A DNA stretch of 64,000 nucleotides, taken from contig NC_045697.1 in assembly GCF_009834535.1 (NCBI RefSeq), positions 76,696,001 through 76,760,000 of the forward strand, in the 5' to 3' direction. Under the pieces are notes generated by a model that saw nothing but the letters and a program-made list of their open reading frames with translations, was not told the origin of the DNA and ran no database searches. This document shows, one piece after another, positions 61,164 to 64,000 of the stretch. Origin of the DNA: Camelus ferus. Lineage: Eukaryota. The position numbers and the translations under genes were made by a program. Every line of letters starts with the position of its first letter. The stretch's first letter is position 1.

Positions 61164-63311
61164 TTTTTTTTTTAACATTTTTTATTGATTTATAATCATT
61201 TTACAATGTTGTGTCAAATTCCAGTGTTCAGCACAATTTTTCAGTTATTCATGGACATATACACACTCATTGTCACATTTTTTTCTCTGTGAGTTATCAT
61301 AACATTTTATGTATATTTCCCTGTGCTATACAGTGTAGTCTATTCTACAATTTTGAAATCCCAGTCTATCCCTTCCCACCCTCCACCCTCCTGGTAACCA
61401 CAAGTCTGTATTCTCTGTCTGTGAGTCTATTTCTGTCCTTTATTTACGCTTTGTTTTTGTTTGTTTGTTTGTTTTTGTTTTTGTATTTTAGATTCCACAT
61501 ATGAGCGATCTCATATGGTATTTTTCTTTCTCTTTCTGGCTTACTTCACTTAGAATGACATTCTCCAGGAGCATCCATGTTGCTGCAAATGGCATTATGT
61601 TGTTGGTTTTTATGGCTGAGTAGTATTCCATTGTATAAATATACCACCTCTTCTTTATCAAGTCATCCATTGATGTACATTTAGGCTTCTCCATGTCTTG
61701 GCTATTGTAAATAGTGCTGCTATGAACATTGGGCTGCAGGTGTCATCCTGAAGTAGGGTTCCTTCTAGATAAATGCCCAGGAGCGGGATTCCTGGGTCAT
61801 ACGGTAAGTCTATTCCTAGTCTTTTGAGGAATCTCCATACTGTTTTCCACAGTGGCTGCACCAAACTTCATTCCCACCAGCAGTGTAGGAGGGTTCCCCT
61901 TTCTCCACAGCCTCTCCAGCATTTGTCATTTGTGGATTTTTGAATGATGGCCATTCTGACTGGTGTGAGGTGATACCTCATTGTAGTTTTGATTTGCATT
62001 TCTCTGATAATTAGTGATATGGAGCATTTTTTCATGTGCCTATTAATTATTTGTATGTCTTCCTTGGAGAATTGCTTGTTTAGGTCTTTTGCCCATTTTT
62101 GGATTGGGTTGTTTGGTTGTTTCTTATTAAGTCATATGAGCTGCTTATATATTCTGGAGATCAAGCCTTTGTCTGTTTCATTTGCAAAAATTTTCTCCCA
62201 TTCCATAGGTTGTCTTTTTGTTTTACTTATGGTTTCCTTTGCTGTGCAGAAGCTTGTAAGTTTCATTAGGTCCCATTTGTTTATTCTTGCTCTTATTTCT
62301 ATTGCTTGAGTAGACTGTTCTAGGAGAACATTTTTGAGATGTATGTCAGATAATGTTTTGCCTATATTTTCTTCTAGTAGGTTTATTGTATCTTGTCTTA
62401 TGTTCAAGTCTTTGATCTATTTTAAGTTTATTTTTGTGTATGGTATAAGGGAGTGTTCTAGCTTCATCGCTTTACATGCTGCTGTCCAGTTTTCCCAACA
62501 CCATTTGCTGAAGAGACTGTCTTTATTCCATTGATTAGTTGATCAAAAGTTTGTGGTTTCATTTCTGGGCTCTCTATTCTGTTCCATTGGTCTATATGTC
62601 TGTTTTTGTACCAATACCATGCTGTCTTGATGACTGTAGCTCTATAGTATTGTCTGAAGTCTGGAAGAGTTATTCCTCCAGCCTCTTTCTTTCTCTTCAG
62701 TAACGCTTTGGTGATTCTAGATCCTTGATGGTTCCATATGAATTTTATTATGATTTGTTCTAGTTCTGTGAAATATGTCCTGGGTAATTTGATAGGGATT
62801 GCATTAAATCTGTAGATTGCCTTGGGCAGTGTGACCATTTTAACAATATTGATTCTTCCAATCCAAGAGCATGGGATATCTTTCTAGTTTTTAAAGTCTT
62901 CTTTAATTTCCTTCATCAATGGTTTATAGTTTTCTGTGTATAATTCTTTCACCTCCTTGGTTAGATTTATTCCTAGGTATTTCATTACTTTGGGTGCTAT
63001 TGTAAAGGGGATTGTTTCTTTACTTTCTTTTTCTGTTGATTCATCGTTAGTGAAAAGAAATGCAACTGAGTTTTGAACGTTAATCTTGTAATCTGCTACT
63101 TTGCTGAATTCTTCGATCAGCTCTAGTAGTTTTTGTGTGGACCTTTTAGGGTTTTCTACATATAGTAACATGTCGTTGGCATATAGCGACACTTTTACCT
63201 CTTCTTTTCCAGTTTGAATCCCTTTTATTTCTCTCTCTTGCCTGATTGCTGTGGCTAGGACTTTCAAGACTATGTTGAATAGGAGTGGTGATAGTGGGCA
63301 TCCTTGTCTTT
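61164..63311 (-). mobile_element. Relatively young 5'-truncated L1 (3' half of ORF2, 3' UTR, poly-A), disabled by stops and frameshifts
   Basis: Minus-strand ORF pieces are L1 ORF2 RT and C-terminus: [16 protein letters not shown]...[65 protein letters not shown]. The poly-T at 61164 follows aataaaaaatgtt on the minus strand. Confidence 0.97.
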
Positions 63312-64000
63312 CCTTTTCTTTTTTTTTTTTTTAAAATTTAATGTGGTCACGACTCCACCCATGGTCACAGATTTTGGATGTAAATCCAAGAGAGATCAAA
63401 TTCATCTCTCACCTTCCACTTCAAGATTTCACTTTTATCGATTTCTCCTCTATTAGTCCCTGTTTCTCCCTCTTTGCCCAGGTTTTTGCTTGGTATTTGT
63501 GGTGAACCCTATTGGTGAGATGATCCAACTTCCCTTCTCAACACCATTTAAAACATAGAGCTTTTTTCTAATGTTTTGGTGACCCTTTTGGAACTTCTGC
63601 TTGGCTCACCAATTTAGTCCCTCTCCACTGCTGAGCTTCTCATTCTGCCACTGAACTTTCTGCTCAGTATGGCTTGCACCTCCATGATACCTGATGCTCC
63701 AGGTTGAGCCAGCCCATCCCCTCTGCTCACCTCTCCACTGAGGACTGGATATTATCCTTATAGCCCAGACTTTCATGACCTTGTCCAGATGACTGACATA
63801 GTTTTCTGCCCTATTTGGTATCCCTGCTTTCAGTCTCTTTGAACTTCTTTCCATATTGGACACTATTACAGTATAGATTTTCATAAAGAACATTTGGTAA
63901 TAACACCAAGTAGTCTGGTGGTAGTATACAGCAAATTATATACTAAACAATCTTCAGTTGTTCCTTATTGTCCGCCACACAAGAACTTCAAAATGTTCCA

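Larger units (their letters stand above)
1..64000 (-). other. COL25A1: COL25A1 gene body (internal portion; neither gene end is in the window)
   Basis: The exons are collinear on the minus strand. I did not find the neighbouring exons (...GEQGDQGPR upstream, GEPGLPGAVGQNG... downstream), so both flanks are taken to be intron. Confidence 0.9.

Noticed and set aside
61164..63311. Reverse-transcriptase-like ORFs as a novel system
   Set aside because: This is an ordinary 5'-truncated L1 with stops and frameshifts, an altered catalytic motif (YAND instead of Y/FADD) and an apparent small deletion near 62533.
505..63893. Short ORFs in the supplied six-frame track
   Set aside because: They show no recognisable protein features and have lengths expected by chance. 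Many overlap repeats. Only the L1 ORF2 remnants are real coding relics, and the true exons are too short to be called as ORFs.

Overview
Mammalian genomic DNA, most likely a camelid, judged by its tRNA-derived SINEs and L1 3' ends. The window lies inside the COL25A1 gene (collagen XXV / CLAC-P), which is on the minus strand. Six phase-0 coding exons can be read directly, in transcript order: a 60-bp alternative NC2 exon (GLPGFPTVAALHSNQILTVK), the 72-bp NC2 exon (MVFPKINHGFLSADQQLIKRRLIK), and four Gly-X-Y exons of 108, 36, 27 and 45 bp. The rest is intron filled with ordinary repeats (L1, L2, L3, MIR, hAT and Tigger MITEs, LTR remnants, young SINEs, microsatellites). The supplied ORF track is essentially noise, apart from L1 ORF2 remnants. 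I see no new stand-alone biological system. The most interesting signal is a splicing-control module around the NC2 exons: two alternative exons, a distant branch point with a ~100-nt AG-free zone, RBFOX/QKI/UG-rich motifs, and two candidate stop-containing exons. There is also a GC-AG intron. Gene and repeat-family names come from my recall of the sequences, not from database searches, and repeat boundaries are approximate unless a target-site duplication (TSD) is given.
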